From: Catajapyx aquilonaris
Taxonomy: Eukaryota
Length of the DNA: 64,000 nucleotides
NCBI GenBank assembly: GCA_000934665.2
Contig: KZ538223.1
Location: forward strand, 1-64,000
Reading direction: 5' to 3'
Below the pieces are notes generated by a model. It was not told where the DNA came from. It ran no database searches and saw only the letters and a list, made by a program, of their open reading frames with translations. Made by a program: the position numbers and the translations under genes. Of the stretch, positions 48,701 to 60,167 are shown piece by piece (within the stretch, counting starts at the first letter, position 1; each line of letters begins with the position of its first letter).

Positions 48701-51700
48701 GGAAATACCAATTTACAGTATGACTAATCATCATATACGCAATAAGCGAAGATTTTGGTGACGTCTGCAAGTTATATTGATGGCATTTCAGGGCCAACGT
48801 ACGTCGCACAAACCATGCAAGTCCCTATGATGCATTAACATATTATTGCATATCTCTAATGATGAATCACAGTTCAAAGATTCGTATGACCTTGTAATGG
48901 TTGTTATTATAATAACATTCCTTTTTTTAAGATCAATTTTTGGAAATTCACCATTTATCCATTTAAGATCATTGCGTATATGGAATTAGCAATCTACAAT
49001 TTTGGCACTGCTTTTCAATTAAAGGTTGATGATGATTGTTTAACTGAAGTTATAAATTATTATTAATTTATCATCAGTACATTACATCAGTTACATCATC
49101 ACTGATCCAACCAGATCTTATAATGATGTTGGAACAACCAAATCCTATACCAAAGTGCCAGGATATTTGCTTTCTATTAACAAGACATTTGAATATGAAT
49201 GAGCCCCATTATCACTTTGCAATGATTCGAGCCTCCAGTCAATACATAATTAATACAATCATCCAAAAGCAAATAGGTATAACCATACACGATGAATAAA
49301 TTACAATTCCACCACTTTTCAGCATCAAAGTGTCATTCCTCGATAAATTATCGCGGGTTTAAAAGTCGCTCTCAAATTGGCGGTGGGGAAAGTGTGCGTG
49401 GCCTAAAGGGCGCATTCCCACTCCTGCCTGACCACAGTGACGTCAGCAGACCCGATTCCTTTGGTAGGGTAGCCAACAACGCGGAACATAATTAAAATAA
49501 CCCACAAATTGCACCAATTACTTTTGCTATATGTGCTTCCCGATTTGCATACATTCCTTTTAGAGACACCCACACCTGTCCTTATGTAGTGCGGGTGGCC
49601 GCGTGTGTCTAAGGAACACCCTAATTTTGCCCTAATTCTCTCCTAATTTTCGCTTCCTCCAACGAGTCCGGCCTTCCTGTTTGAACAAACCGGGGCGTAA
49701 ATTTGGGTACCCGAAAACGCTTGTGGCTAACACTGTCTATCGATCCATAAAAGCAGAGAGAGAGGAAGGGGGGTAGGTCTAGAGAAGAGAGGAGGCTTGT
49801 GTGTGGGGGGTGGGCCATACTCCCCAGCTCAGCTTTCTCCGGTCTGCTGAGAGGAACATTCCTCTCCAGCTTTACCAGGTAAACAACCCACCCTCTGTAC
49901 ACCTCCCATCATCCCTCAGACTTCTTCACAACCTCCTGAGAGCTGGTCACGTACGCTGGTCACTTCCAACTGGTCAGCATCCTTTTTTATTTGGGGGGGT
50001 ATAAGAAGTGCACGTTGTTGGATGGTTGTTTGTATTGGAAGTGTGGCCTATACGGATATTTTGGGGTGCCGGTTCGATATTATAGTGTGTTTAAAGTGTA
50101 TAAAGTGGGAGGGGCGATAACAACGCCTGGCGATTGTGCGCGGTTCGGATCGATCAGATTGAATCACGGCCGCAGGGGTAAGTAGTTGTGCTTGGATACA
50201 TTTTTATTTAGCTCAAAAATGACCATGGGGGGTAGTGTTGGAAATGTCACACGAAAAATGTGGAGTGTGTCCAATAAAATGTTTCGGACAAACTGCCTAA
50301 CTCGAAGAGTCCTGAGGCATGCCCGGAACATTTTTTTTTGGGCATACAGTAAATGGTGTCTTGATTTTGGTACCAATATATTTACATACCTCACATTTTA
50401 ATTAAATATTTTCAACTTATTTAAAAAAATCCGAACACTAAAACGGTTAGAATTTGTTTTTCGCAATAGTAAGATTCAACAATGTTTGAAAAACTCTCAA
50501 AGACATAGCCATGTAAATATTGTCTTTGAAAATCTTCCAAACATATGGTTGTTTCTAACAAGAAAATTAATCTTATTGCGAAAAAGGTTTAATTTTAAAT
50601 AATATTTATTGTTAAGTCCAATCAGAAAGTTCTCATTATTTACTGTTAACTATAGTATATGAGGTTGTTGACTGAATTGCGTGTTAAAATTACTTGTCAG
50701 TTTACACTGCATAAAAAATTGGCATTCGTCTCTGAGTTATCATGAACATTTACCATTTTTTAACTTGTAGTTCATACAGTTTGTCACATAAATCCTTCTC
50801 TCTTCGCGGATCCCATCAACACCTTTCATGCACTTAATTCGGACAATGAGTAAAGACCGCTGTTTGCAACCGTTTCACTTGGACAGGCAAAATGTGTTTT
50901 TTTTTAATTTTTTTTTCAAATGGAAACGGTGCAGAGAAAAGGATTCTGGCTGGAGGTATCTGTGACGTATATAATAACTGTAATTACACATCTGGTAGAG
51001 GAACAAGAATTCTAGGATATGTGAAACTATACACGTCGGAAAAATCACATTGCCAATCACCGTACATGTTTACGTGAAGATTACGTGACTGATAACGTGA
51101 TTTGATTGCAATTCCTTGTGAAAAGAGGTGAAAGAAAACAGTTATGTGAATATGTGAACATGAACAGAATAATGCTAACCCACATGCAGCATGATTTTTT
51201 TAAAAAAAAACTTAGAAGTTAATGTTGCACGAAATAAAATATTAATATGGAAAATCGCTGATAATACTCAAGAGACACGTAATCGGAAATTTCCTCTTTA
51301 ATTTGCATTCATACAATTCCACTGATGTGAAAATATCATAAACAAGTAATGCAATGATTAAGACAACTTCTGTGCAGGTGCACTTTTTTTTCCAACCCCC
51401 TGTTTTATCAGTAGCATCACAACCCGGAATCAAGAGTAGGTTTACAGCATCGATGAACCAGTAGAAATTTTTGCGTAGGTGACCAGCCATGCAAGTGTGA
51501 GACACTGACCTACCCGAATAATTAGTCCATCTGGATTCCACATCGCTCTGATCAGGATAATAATTTATTAGCTACTGGAACCTGAGCCAAAACATACATG
51601 TAGTCTGTAGATACTCCAGTGCTACTTTATTCGCATGGTCATAATGTCAGCAGAAATCAATAACAGCAAAATTTGATATTACTTACCCAATCATGATGCT

Positions 51701-53070
51701 AATTGTTGATTAGTATAACAAACTGTAGGGTGGAGTTGGCTTAGAATTTTCTGCTTAATATTACGAACCTCTCAAAAGAAATTATGTCAATTAGTGTGTC
51801 TCATGGAGCGTCAATTTGTGAACAATACAAGAACACTCGTGGCAAAATCATGGCTTGCAATTATCATGATCCGAACCCTTTTAAAAAATTATCAGAAAAA
51901 TGTGACCGGTACTGTACAAGAAGCTGCGGTTTACAGCCTCGTTTTATGGTCTATTTTCCTTCTTATGCTTCGAAAAACTGTGGCTATAAAAAAGTCTTTG
52001 CCATTACTAGTACTTTTGTGTTGCTTCTCAACTATTGCAGCAGGTGTTCGTGACCATATCGAATAAAAGGCAATTTTATTTTGTTCAAATCTGGAATCTT
52101 TAGAACAATCGATGGGTGTGTATAGGGCTACATTATTTTATCAGCTCTACATAGACACAATTTGCCTAAACCCGAGTACAATAATAGTTTATTCACACAT
52201 TATAGGACAGCATATTATTTAATCACAACGTGCTTCATCGATGAATCGTCATTTTTTTGGCTTTCTTTTCGACCTCGTCTTATTCTATAGTCTCGCAACG
52301 ATTATTATTGACAATGAAAGCTTCGTGAAGGATAACAACAGAAGTAGGCTTCTGTGTTGATGCTTGACACGAATACTATTTATAAACCAGCGTCCTTTTG
52401 TCTGGCATCCCACTTTTTATATATCCAAGTGCGGTACACCCCCAAAGTGTTAAAGTCGGTGTACAAAAAAAAATAAAGTGAATGGAAAGAAGACCTTGGC
52501 CTAGACCAGAGCAAGAGAACTTTCCTGTACGGGATTCTATCTCTGAGAAAGAAGAGAGAGAAAAAAGTTACGCAATCTTGGCCCCTACACCACCCAGCAT
52601 TCCGAAACGGTCACTTACTTTTAAAATTCGCCGGTAATGTCTATAATAAACGGAGATGTTTGCGAATTAACCGTGCAATGAAAAGCCGTAATTGCACATT
52701 CCAATAATGGATAACCATGGCCAGAGTAAACATCCTGAGACAGACAAAAAAATAAACGGTCACACTTCACATATTATTTCTTGCACGTTCAAGGCATGTG
52801 GAAAATACTATATTCGGTTCGGTACTTTTGAAGTTCAATGTCCAGCAAATAATTATGTTGATAACATTTTCATCATTTCAGGTTTACAAGGTTGCAACAA
52901 AATCTCTGAAAAAAAATGTTTGCGCTCATGTCTAGTAGAATTTCTTCGTTGCCAACCGGCACAGTCACCAAAACCATGCAAGTATTTTCTTGATCGCATA
53001 TCCTATACGAGTATTTACTATATTAAGTCATATGCTCCAATAATAATTGCTCTTTTATTCATTTTCACAG

Positions 53071-53237
53071 CCGGAACAGCAGTTCTATAAAGAGGCTAAA
53101 AGCGGAGTTGGAAAGCAAACCAAAGCTTGAAATTGTGTGGAAAAACGTGTTTCTAATATCAATCATTCACCTAAGTGCCCTGTATGGAGCGTACCTTTGG
53201 CTCGGTGGCGAAAACGTACTTTGGAATTTCTTCTGGG
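53071..53237 (+). CDS. Desaturase A exon (…KPKLEIVWKNVFLISIIHLSALYGAYLWL…)
   Basis: tcacag acceptor, gtaagt donor at 53238; phase 2 to phase 1; IVWxNV...H..ALYG motif. Not present in the ORF track. Confidence 0.85.
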
Positions 53238-53916
53238 GTAAGTTCATATAGTGAAATCTCTTGAATTTTAAGTAATCACAAGCAACAAGCCATTCACTTG
53301 CAGTGTATGTTAAACCGCCCATTTAGATTGTTGCTGGAGTAAAAATTATTGCAACATCAAAAAGTGTGTGTTCCAATTAAAAAGCCTGGCCAGCTGCTGA
53401 AATACGTATAGAGCTCCAGATCAAAGTGAGAGGAACGGTACACGTGTTGCTTGGTATAACAATAATTGTCACGGGGTAATGAGACCTACCAATAATTATT
53501 CACACTATGATTAGTTCACATTATATGCCAGATTCATGTTCTTGCATTTTTTTTTCAATTCATAATTTATTACTTTAAATAATATTGTATTGTGTCCTAC
53601 AAATTAAAGTTCCATCAATAAAATAATTTATAAATGTACAGAGATAATTCCATGTTAATTTTCATTTTTTTCTTCTTCAAGTATTGTAACCTTGTGGAAG
53701 CTGCATGTGGCCAATGACAGTGCTATTATTACACCAATGCAATCAGCTATAGCTCAAGGCGAGAAAGAAACCCCACCGTGCAGAGTGTTTAGTTTGCGAA
53801 AAAAAAATTGACACATACCCTTGACACTATAATTTTGTCCAACACTTCACTTTTGCACAATGACAATGCAGAAAAGTGCATCCATATGTTTTGGTGCCTG
53901 TTAAATAATAATAATA

Positions 53917-53998
<82 letters not shown>

Positions 53999-56900
53999 GC
54001 AGAAAAAGCCTAGCTTACGCACTCGTTAATAATAATAATCAGTGTATCTACGCATGAAAAACTCTGCAATTTTTTTTGCCAATATGCGAATCACAAAAGA
54101 GAACGTAATGTGCAAATTTTTATTCTCGTTATATCACAGTATTCGCGTTGATAATAGGTCATTACACTCAAAGTATGTGAAACACGTGGAAAACCAGTTG
54201 GCATAATTTATATCGTTTAACAACTATAAAATCTATAGTTGAAGGCAAGGTTGAAGGTTTGTGCCAATAAGTTGCGAAATCGAGTGGCATTCTGTTGTGT
54301 AACAAGTTGACCACCCTTCCCTCAGAGTTGCGCAAGTAAAAAAAAAATCAAGAATTCTCGACTAACTTGTTAAAGAACTGACCCCGGTTAATTATGCAAA
54401 GAGCCAAAATGTCATGAACTCACTATTTCATCATCATGATTGCATTACATGAAGGCATATTTCTTCAGTATTGTGCTCATCGAAAGCAATAAATTAATTA
54501 ATCATATGAATTAATATTAATAAGTGAAGAGGTTTATTTAACCTTTTGGTATAGTGAATTCCTACCATTTAATTTTACAATTGCGGAAACTTGTCCGTGA
54601 AATATTTCGCAAAATTTCCTTTCAAGCGAGAATTTCCTATCAGCTCTAATAAATCTTCCCAAATGCACATCATTTCTCGTTTGGGTTCAACAGTCTGACC
54701 GAATCGTGTATGAAACCCGTTGTCTAGAATGAAATAATTGGCATCCTCGTGTACTCAGAACCGTGCAGATAATGACTGACAACAATCAAGAGGAGAGAAA
54801 AAGTCGGCCACAGCATGCATGCCATTAAAGGAAGGAAAAACTTGAAAATCTATTCGGTCCCGTTTACTTGTGAACAATTACCCCACAAAATTTTGGGATG
54901 AACTTTCAGCCCAATGGGCTCACAAAAAAGCGTACTATAAATTTTGTAATTTGAAAGAACTAACAAATGACGCCAACAATGCAAAATTTTCTCATTATTT
55001 ATTTGGCGCACTATAGGTTTTTAGCAGGGAGCATAACATAAGAGGCGCAAACTTCTGTCGGCGCCTTTGATGTCCGCGTCTCTCTGTTTGGGGCCGTTGC
55101 CAAGGCTGGCGGCCATTTTTGAAGTGTGGGCAACGCCAACGAGGTATAAATAGGGTACAGGCAAAAATATGGTCCGCCATCTTTGATGGTTTTGGCGGCC
55201 ATGGCAACTACACGGCAAGAACACGCGCGAATCAACCCTATTTTTGCCTGTACCCTATTTATACCTCGTTGGCGTTGCCCACACTTCAAAATGGCCGCCA
55301 GCCTTGGCAACGGCCCAAACAGAGAGACGCGGAAATCGAATGTTTGCGCCTCTTATGTATAGTATATGCTCCCTGTTTTTAGTGTGTAATCTGTGTGCAG
55401 GTTTTGCGTCAATGACTCACCCTGTACTTGAATATTGCAGGTTATGTGCACGCAACAATGAGTGGCATTGGAGTAACAGCAGGAGCTCACAGGCTATGGG
55501 CTCATAGGGCCTATAAAGCAACTTACAAGCTCCAAGTGCTCCTTGTGATGCTTCAAGCAATGGCTGCTCAGGTATAAAAATAGTCATCAAATATGACTTA
55601 ATTGCTAGGCTTATAAGGCAGTGCGGGATAGAAGTGTCGTAAGCTGTATTCGCGAACTTGCAACACTTCTACATAAAGTGCTCCTTTTGGTGCATGAATA
55701 ATGCACAATGCACCATCTCATCCAACAATGCTCCTAGAAGAATCTTGGTATCTTGCAAGAAGATAATTACATAGTTGTTTTTTTTTACCTTCCCAATTTT
55801 CCACCCGATGTCACGCGATTGTCTTTTTTCTTCCTTTTCTTCTTTTTTAAATATTATTTTTTCTCTAAAATGAAGTGGGAGTGTGCGTGTAGATGTAAGA
55901 AAGCGAAACCTACTCATTTTCCGGACAGATTGGCAGGGAGATAGACAACAATACACGATAGGAAACACGTGGGAGATTTATCGGAAGGGGATCGCCGAAG
56001 GATTTTTTTTTGCAGACATTTCTAGTGCATTAGAAGCACATGACCGCAACGGTTTATTTCCTCGATCTACCGCAATTATTTAGAGAGAAAAAAATGACCT
56101 CAATTTGACTCCAAACGATTTGTGTACAGTACACGAATTAAGCATAATTTATGTGATAGAAAAAATTTGGCACTTAAAATCCAAAACAAATCACACAGAA
56201 AAATACACAACACAATGTGACGATTGACAATATTAATATTGAATAATAGTAATTTAACTTACCGTATAAAAATTCTGGTAAAAATGCTATGATGACTTCT
56301 AGTAACACTTGTCAGTGCCTGGCAAGGTAGTCTTGAACTGGACACTTCTTAGTTTTGACTCCCAGTTAAATTGGCAACAGAAGCATTTGGCTGTTCAGTA
56401 TGTTGAATTACAGACCACAAAAAAATGCATAAACTTATCCAATAGTTGAAACTCCATTTATTTGCTACTAATTATTGTAACAATAACAGTGATTTTCTTG
56501 TACTTGTTCATCCAGGATGTTTCATTGGGCTAATAATTATTCAATGCTCTTTTTTTAAATTGGGTTTAGAACTCCCTGTACGTGTGGGTGAGAGACCACA
56601 GGCTCCACCATAAGTTCACGGAGACCAATGCTGACCCACACAATGTGAAGAGAGGACTCTTCTTCGCACACATCGGTTGGGTCCTGTGCAGGAAACATCC
56701 GGCGGTTAAGGAGAAAGGAAAGACTGTGGACATGAGTGACCTGGCCAAAGATCCGCTCATCATGTTCCAGCACAAGTAATTAACTCTTTATACTGTACAT
56801 GTATTATATCGCCCAAAAAGATAGAGACGATTTTGCATTTGACTCAAGTGCAACTTGCACTTGAATCAAATGCCAATCGTCTCTATCTTTTTGAGCGATA

Positions 56901-58210
56901 TAGTACACTAGTGCCACGTATAAAAATTATCTATTATAAAAAATTGCATAAGGATGTTAAGTAATTTTTCTGCCAATTTGCCTCATTATTTACTTTCGAA
57001 TAATGTAACACCGTGAGAGTCTAGTCATCAACAATGATTGTTTTGTTTCTGACAGCAAAGTTTAAGCCATTGTTTCTATTGCCTTTTTACAGAATTTTGT
57101 GTAGTGTTGCGCAATGCGCAGCCTAATTTCTGTCATCATTTTTTGTGCAATTACAGGCATGAGTAACAATATGGTTGTGCAATCCATAACGATAGATATT
57201 ACGTCACTTTCACCGTAATTTTGCACATTGCGTGACGTTGCACTGTAACATGCTATAAGTGATAGTCGCTTGCCATTGTCTTGAATTGTCAATAGTTCGC
57301 CTCACAATCTTACCATGTTCGTGTTTCTTACAAAAGCTATACATTGCGTGACAACCAATTTACAAATCATTAAAAATTGAAATTATTGTGGACCATCTGA
57401 GAAAAATGCAGGCAATAAATAGCAACACAACATTTCATGTACTGTCAGTCTATATAAATAGTGGCAATAATGACTCAAAAATTGAATAAATTGCTTGATT
57501 GAGTTTATAACAAATTATTATATAAATATTAATGTGTCTATGGCCCTTTTAATTTTACTTTGAACAACTACTTATAGCAGCTTGTAAAAGGTTCGTTTTT
57601 GTCTTTGCTAATAATTGCTGAATAATTGTTTCTCTCTCTCTCATATCCTCAGGTATTACACCCCCATGGCCCTGTTCCTGTCCTTCGGAGTACCAACCCT
57701 TTTCTTCCACTATGTACTTGGACAATCCTGGGCTTACGGCTTCTTTGCTGCAGGGATGCTGCGTTACTCTCTGAGCCTTCACTTTACTTGGTTGGTCAAC
57801 AGTGCAGCTCACTGGAAGGGACACAGGCCTTATGACAAGTACTTGTTCTTATCGCAATTAGCATCTGGCATGTAAATTAATTGCTGTTTTCACGCCTCCT
57901 TAGGTCCATCTACGCCTCAGAGAACAAGCTGGTGTCCATTCTGGCTTATGGAGAGGGCTGGCACAATTATCACCATGTGTTTCCCTGGGATTACAAGACA
58001 TCGGAGCTAGGTTTCTACAGGTTCAATTTCACCACTGCCTTCATCGACTTCTTCGCCTGGTTAGGATGGGCCTACGACCTCAAGACTGCCTCTCCTGAGA
58101 TGGTCAAGAGGAGGGTCGCAAGGGCTGGAGACGGAAGCCACAAAGGTGTCTGGGGCTGGGACGACAAGGACATGCTGCAGGATGATATCAAGAGCACTGT
58201 CATCGGATGA
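53071..58210 (+). CDS. Acyl-CoA desaturase (delta-9/SCD-like), paralog A. Exons 53071-53237, 55441-55571, 56570-56775, 57653-57838, 57904-58210; start exon uncertain (candidate 52796-52821)
   Basis: In-frame GT-AG joins. Three histidine boxes: GAHRLWAH, DHRLHHKFTETNADPHN, GEGWHNYHHVFPWDYK. Also EIVWKNV, WLVNSAAH and AYDLKT motifs. Confidence 0.93.
53903..53995. repeat. (AAT)n microsatellite in a desaturase A intron
   Basis: Read directly from the sequence. Confidence 0.97.
55009..55384. mobile_element. Fold-back MITE with CACTA…TAGTG termini (possible CMC/EnSpm derivative)
   Basis: Arms 55025-55169 and 55239-55375 are largely complementary; cacta at 55009 and tagtg at 55380-84. No exact target-site duplication. 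Confidence 0.7.
55441..55571 (+). CDS. Desaturase A exon with His box 1 (GIGVTAGAHRLWAHRAYKA)
   Basis: ttgcag acceptor, gtataa donor; 131 nt, same size as the paralog exon. Confidence 0.92.
56570..56775 (+). CDS. Desaturase A exon with His box 2 (WVRDHRLHHKFTETNADPHN)
   Basis: tttag acceptor, gtaatt donor; 206 nt, same size as the paralog exon. Confidence 0.94.
56800..56907. repeat. Palindromic MITE-like hairpin, arms about 53 bp
   Basis: tatatcgcccaaaaagatagagacgattttgcatttgactcaagtgcaa / ttgcacttgaatcaaatgccaatcgtctctatctttttgagcgatata. Confidence 0.88.
57653..57838 (+). CDS. Desaturase A exon (…LHFTWLVNSAAHWKGHRPYDK)
   Basis: ctcag acceptor, gtactt donor; 186 nt, same size as the paralog exon. 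Confidence 0.93.
57904..58210 (+). CDS. Desaturase A terminal exon with His box 3 (GEGWHNYHH)
   Basis: cttag acceptor; ends at TGA 58208-58210. Confidence 0.94.
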
Positions 58211-59848
58211 ATGACAAGTGATGCCAGGGAGTCAAAGCAATAATATGGTGCAAAAAAAAACAAAGTAAATTCAAGAAAGCAACGTGCTGTATATGAAAAA
58301 ATTAATCTCCTTCCGCAGAATTTGAGAAAATGCAAATAATTGGTCCATTGAAGGAATATGCTAAACTGTCTGCATTATGAAAAAAAAATTACTAATGCTT
58401 CATTGAACTTACAATGTTTTTGTACTGTTAGTGTTTGCTAATTTTTTTTTCAGTGAATTTGGGTTGGCTTTTCATCCTTATGTGCTTTTCAAGCAGCATA
58501 GTATTCTCAATATAATTTCTCATATATTATCATGGCACTTAGAACATTTTTAACTAAGAAAGCAGAAGGATGAAAAAGTCAACCCATATTTTCTATCTCT
58601 TATTTTGAGAGCCACTGTTTGATATAAATTGTCTACAGTGCTCTATAGGTGCATAGTATAGTAAGAAATTTTGAGAGCTCTAGGCCAATGTTGAGTGTCT
58701 TGTCATGTTGTTAATAGTTGGCTAAGAAGAAGCAAATTATTTACATAGAGCAACTCATGCAGAATTATCTGCGTGCATGTATATAATCCAGCGCGAATTA
58801 AGGCGTCAAATTTTTTCACATGATATTAACGAAGCAATAATTGCTTGATTCGCGTTGTGATTGTTGATAGTGCCCCGCCCTCTCGAGCTATAACTGTGTC
58901 TTCCAAAAAGACGTTTTTTCACGCAATTTTACACACGCACTTCATAACATATTCTTTGGCTGGTTGTTACTTTCACACACGCACATGAATGTGATATATA
59001 CATGTCTGCTACACATACTGCCATGAGCAACAAATGGCATACAAAATATTTCTGAAGAGCAATAAGAAAAAAGGTGGGCTAAGCAATAATTAACAGGGTG
59101 TATCGGACAGTTGTCGTCAATAATTCGTCAGTACTGATAGTATTGAAAAAATAGTGATGGAAAATTATGCTCATGTTGTGAAGAATCGACCATTATATTA
59201 TACTGTATGAGTAGTTAGCAATGTCGATAATGCACAAGTAAGAAGTGCCAGAAGTCGCAAAAAAACACTAGAAAGGAACTTTAGCTACTAAATTGCGAAT
59301 GTTGTCATAATAGCTACTGATTGTTTAAATGTTTCTTGCAACATAATCAGTATTGCAATATTAATTGCCCTTATCCTTCTGAACAATTTTTTCTAGAATC
59401 GCAATAATTTTGCAATAACTTATTGCTTGCTTCTATAGCTTACTTCTGCATTGTAGATTTTCTGTACAGTACATTGCTTCTTACAAGGACCCAACTTGCA
59501 TGCTTGTGTGCGACAGCACGAATGTGTGCCTTTCTGTTAGATATAGAAACCTTCTATAGCCTTTTGTGTATATTCAGGGGCACAAAATAGCCTTGGCAGA
59601 CTGTGTAGTGTTTACTAAGCCGATGTAATATGTACGTTTGTAATAAATAAGCTCGACAATTATGATTCATTACTGTCTAACAAACGTTCAATACAACTGA
59701 CCCTCAGTATGGTATACCATTACAATAAATACTGAGGGCCAAGTTGTACTGAATTTAATCCGGGTTAAATAATAACACTATAGGAGCAACTGATTATATT
59801 TAGCAGCATACCAGTGACACCAGTCCCATTTAAACAACTAAAAAAAAG

Positions 59849-60167
59849 TCAATCGTTTTTCTGCCTCAAAGTCTGTGTAACTTCCATATTTTCTTGAGTA
59901 ATATCCTTGTCTCCCCATCCCCAAACCGGATGACTCCCATCTCCTGTCCGAGTGACCCTCTTCTTCACCATGTCCGAGTTGACCGTCTTGAGGTCATAGG
60001 CCAGTCCCAGCAATGCCATTATGTCGATGAAAAGAGTGGTGAGGTTGGGTCCTCTGTAGCCGTATTCCGAGGCCTTGTAGTCCCATGGAAAGACATGATG
60101 GTAGTTATGCCAACCTTCACCAATGCTCAGGATCGACACGAACATGCTCTCCACAGGGTTCATGAAC
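59849..60167 (-). CDS. Desaturase B terminal exon with His box 3
   Basis: gtag acceptor; FMNPVESMFVSILSIGEGWHNYHHVFPWDYK…RQKND then TGA. Confidence 0.94.

Noticed and set aside
52796..52821. Candidate start exon for desaturase A (ATG TGG AAA…GTT CG|gtactt)
   Set aside because: Phase-compatible, but the donor is weak and there is no homology support, so it is not called as a feature.
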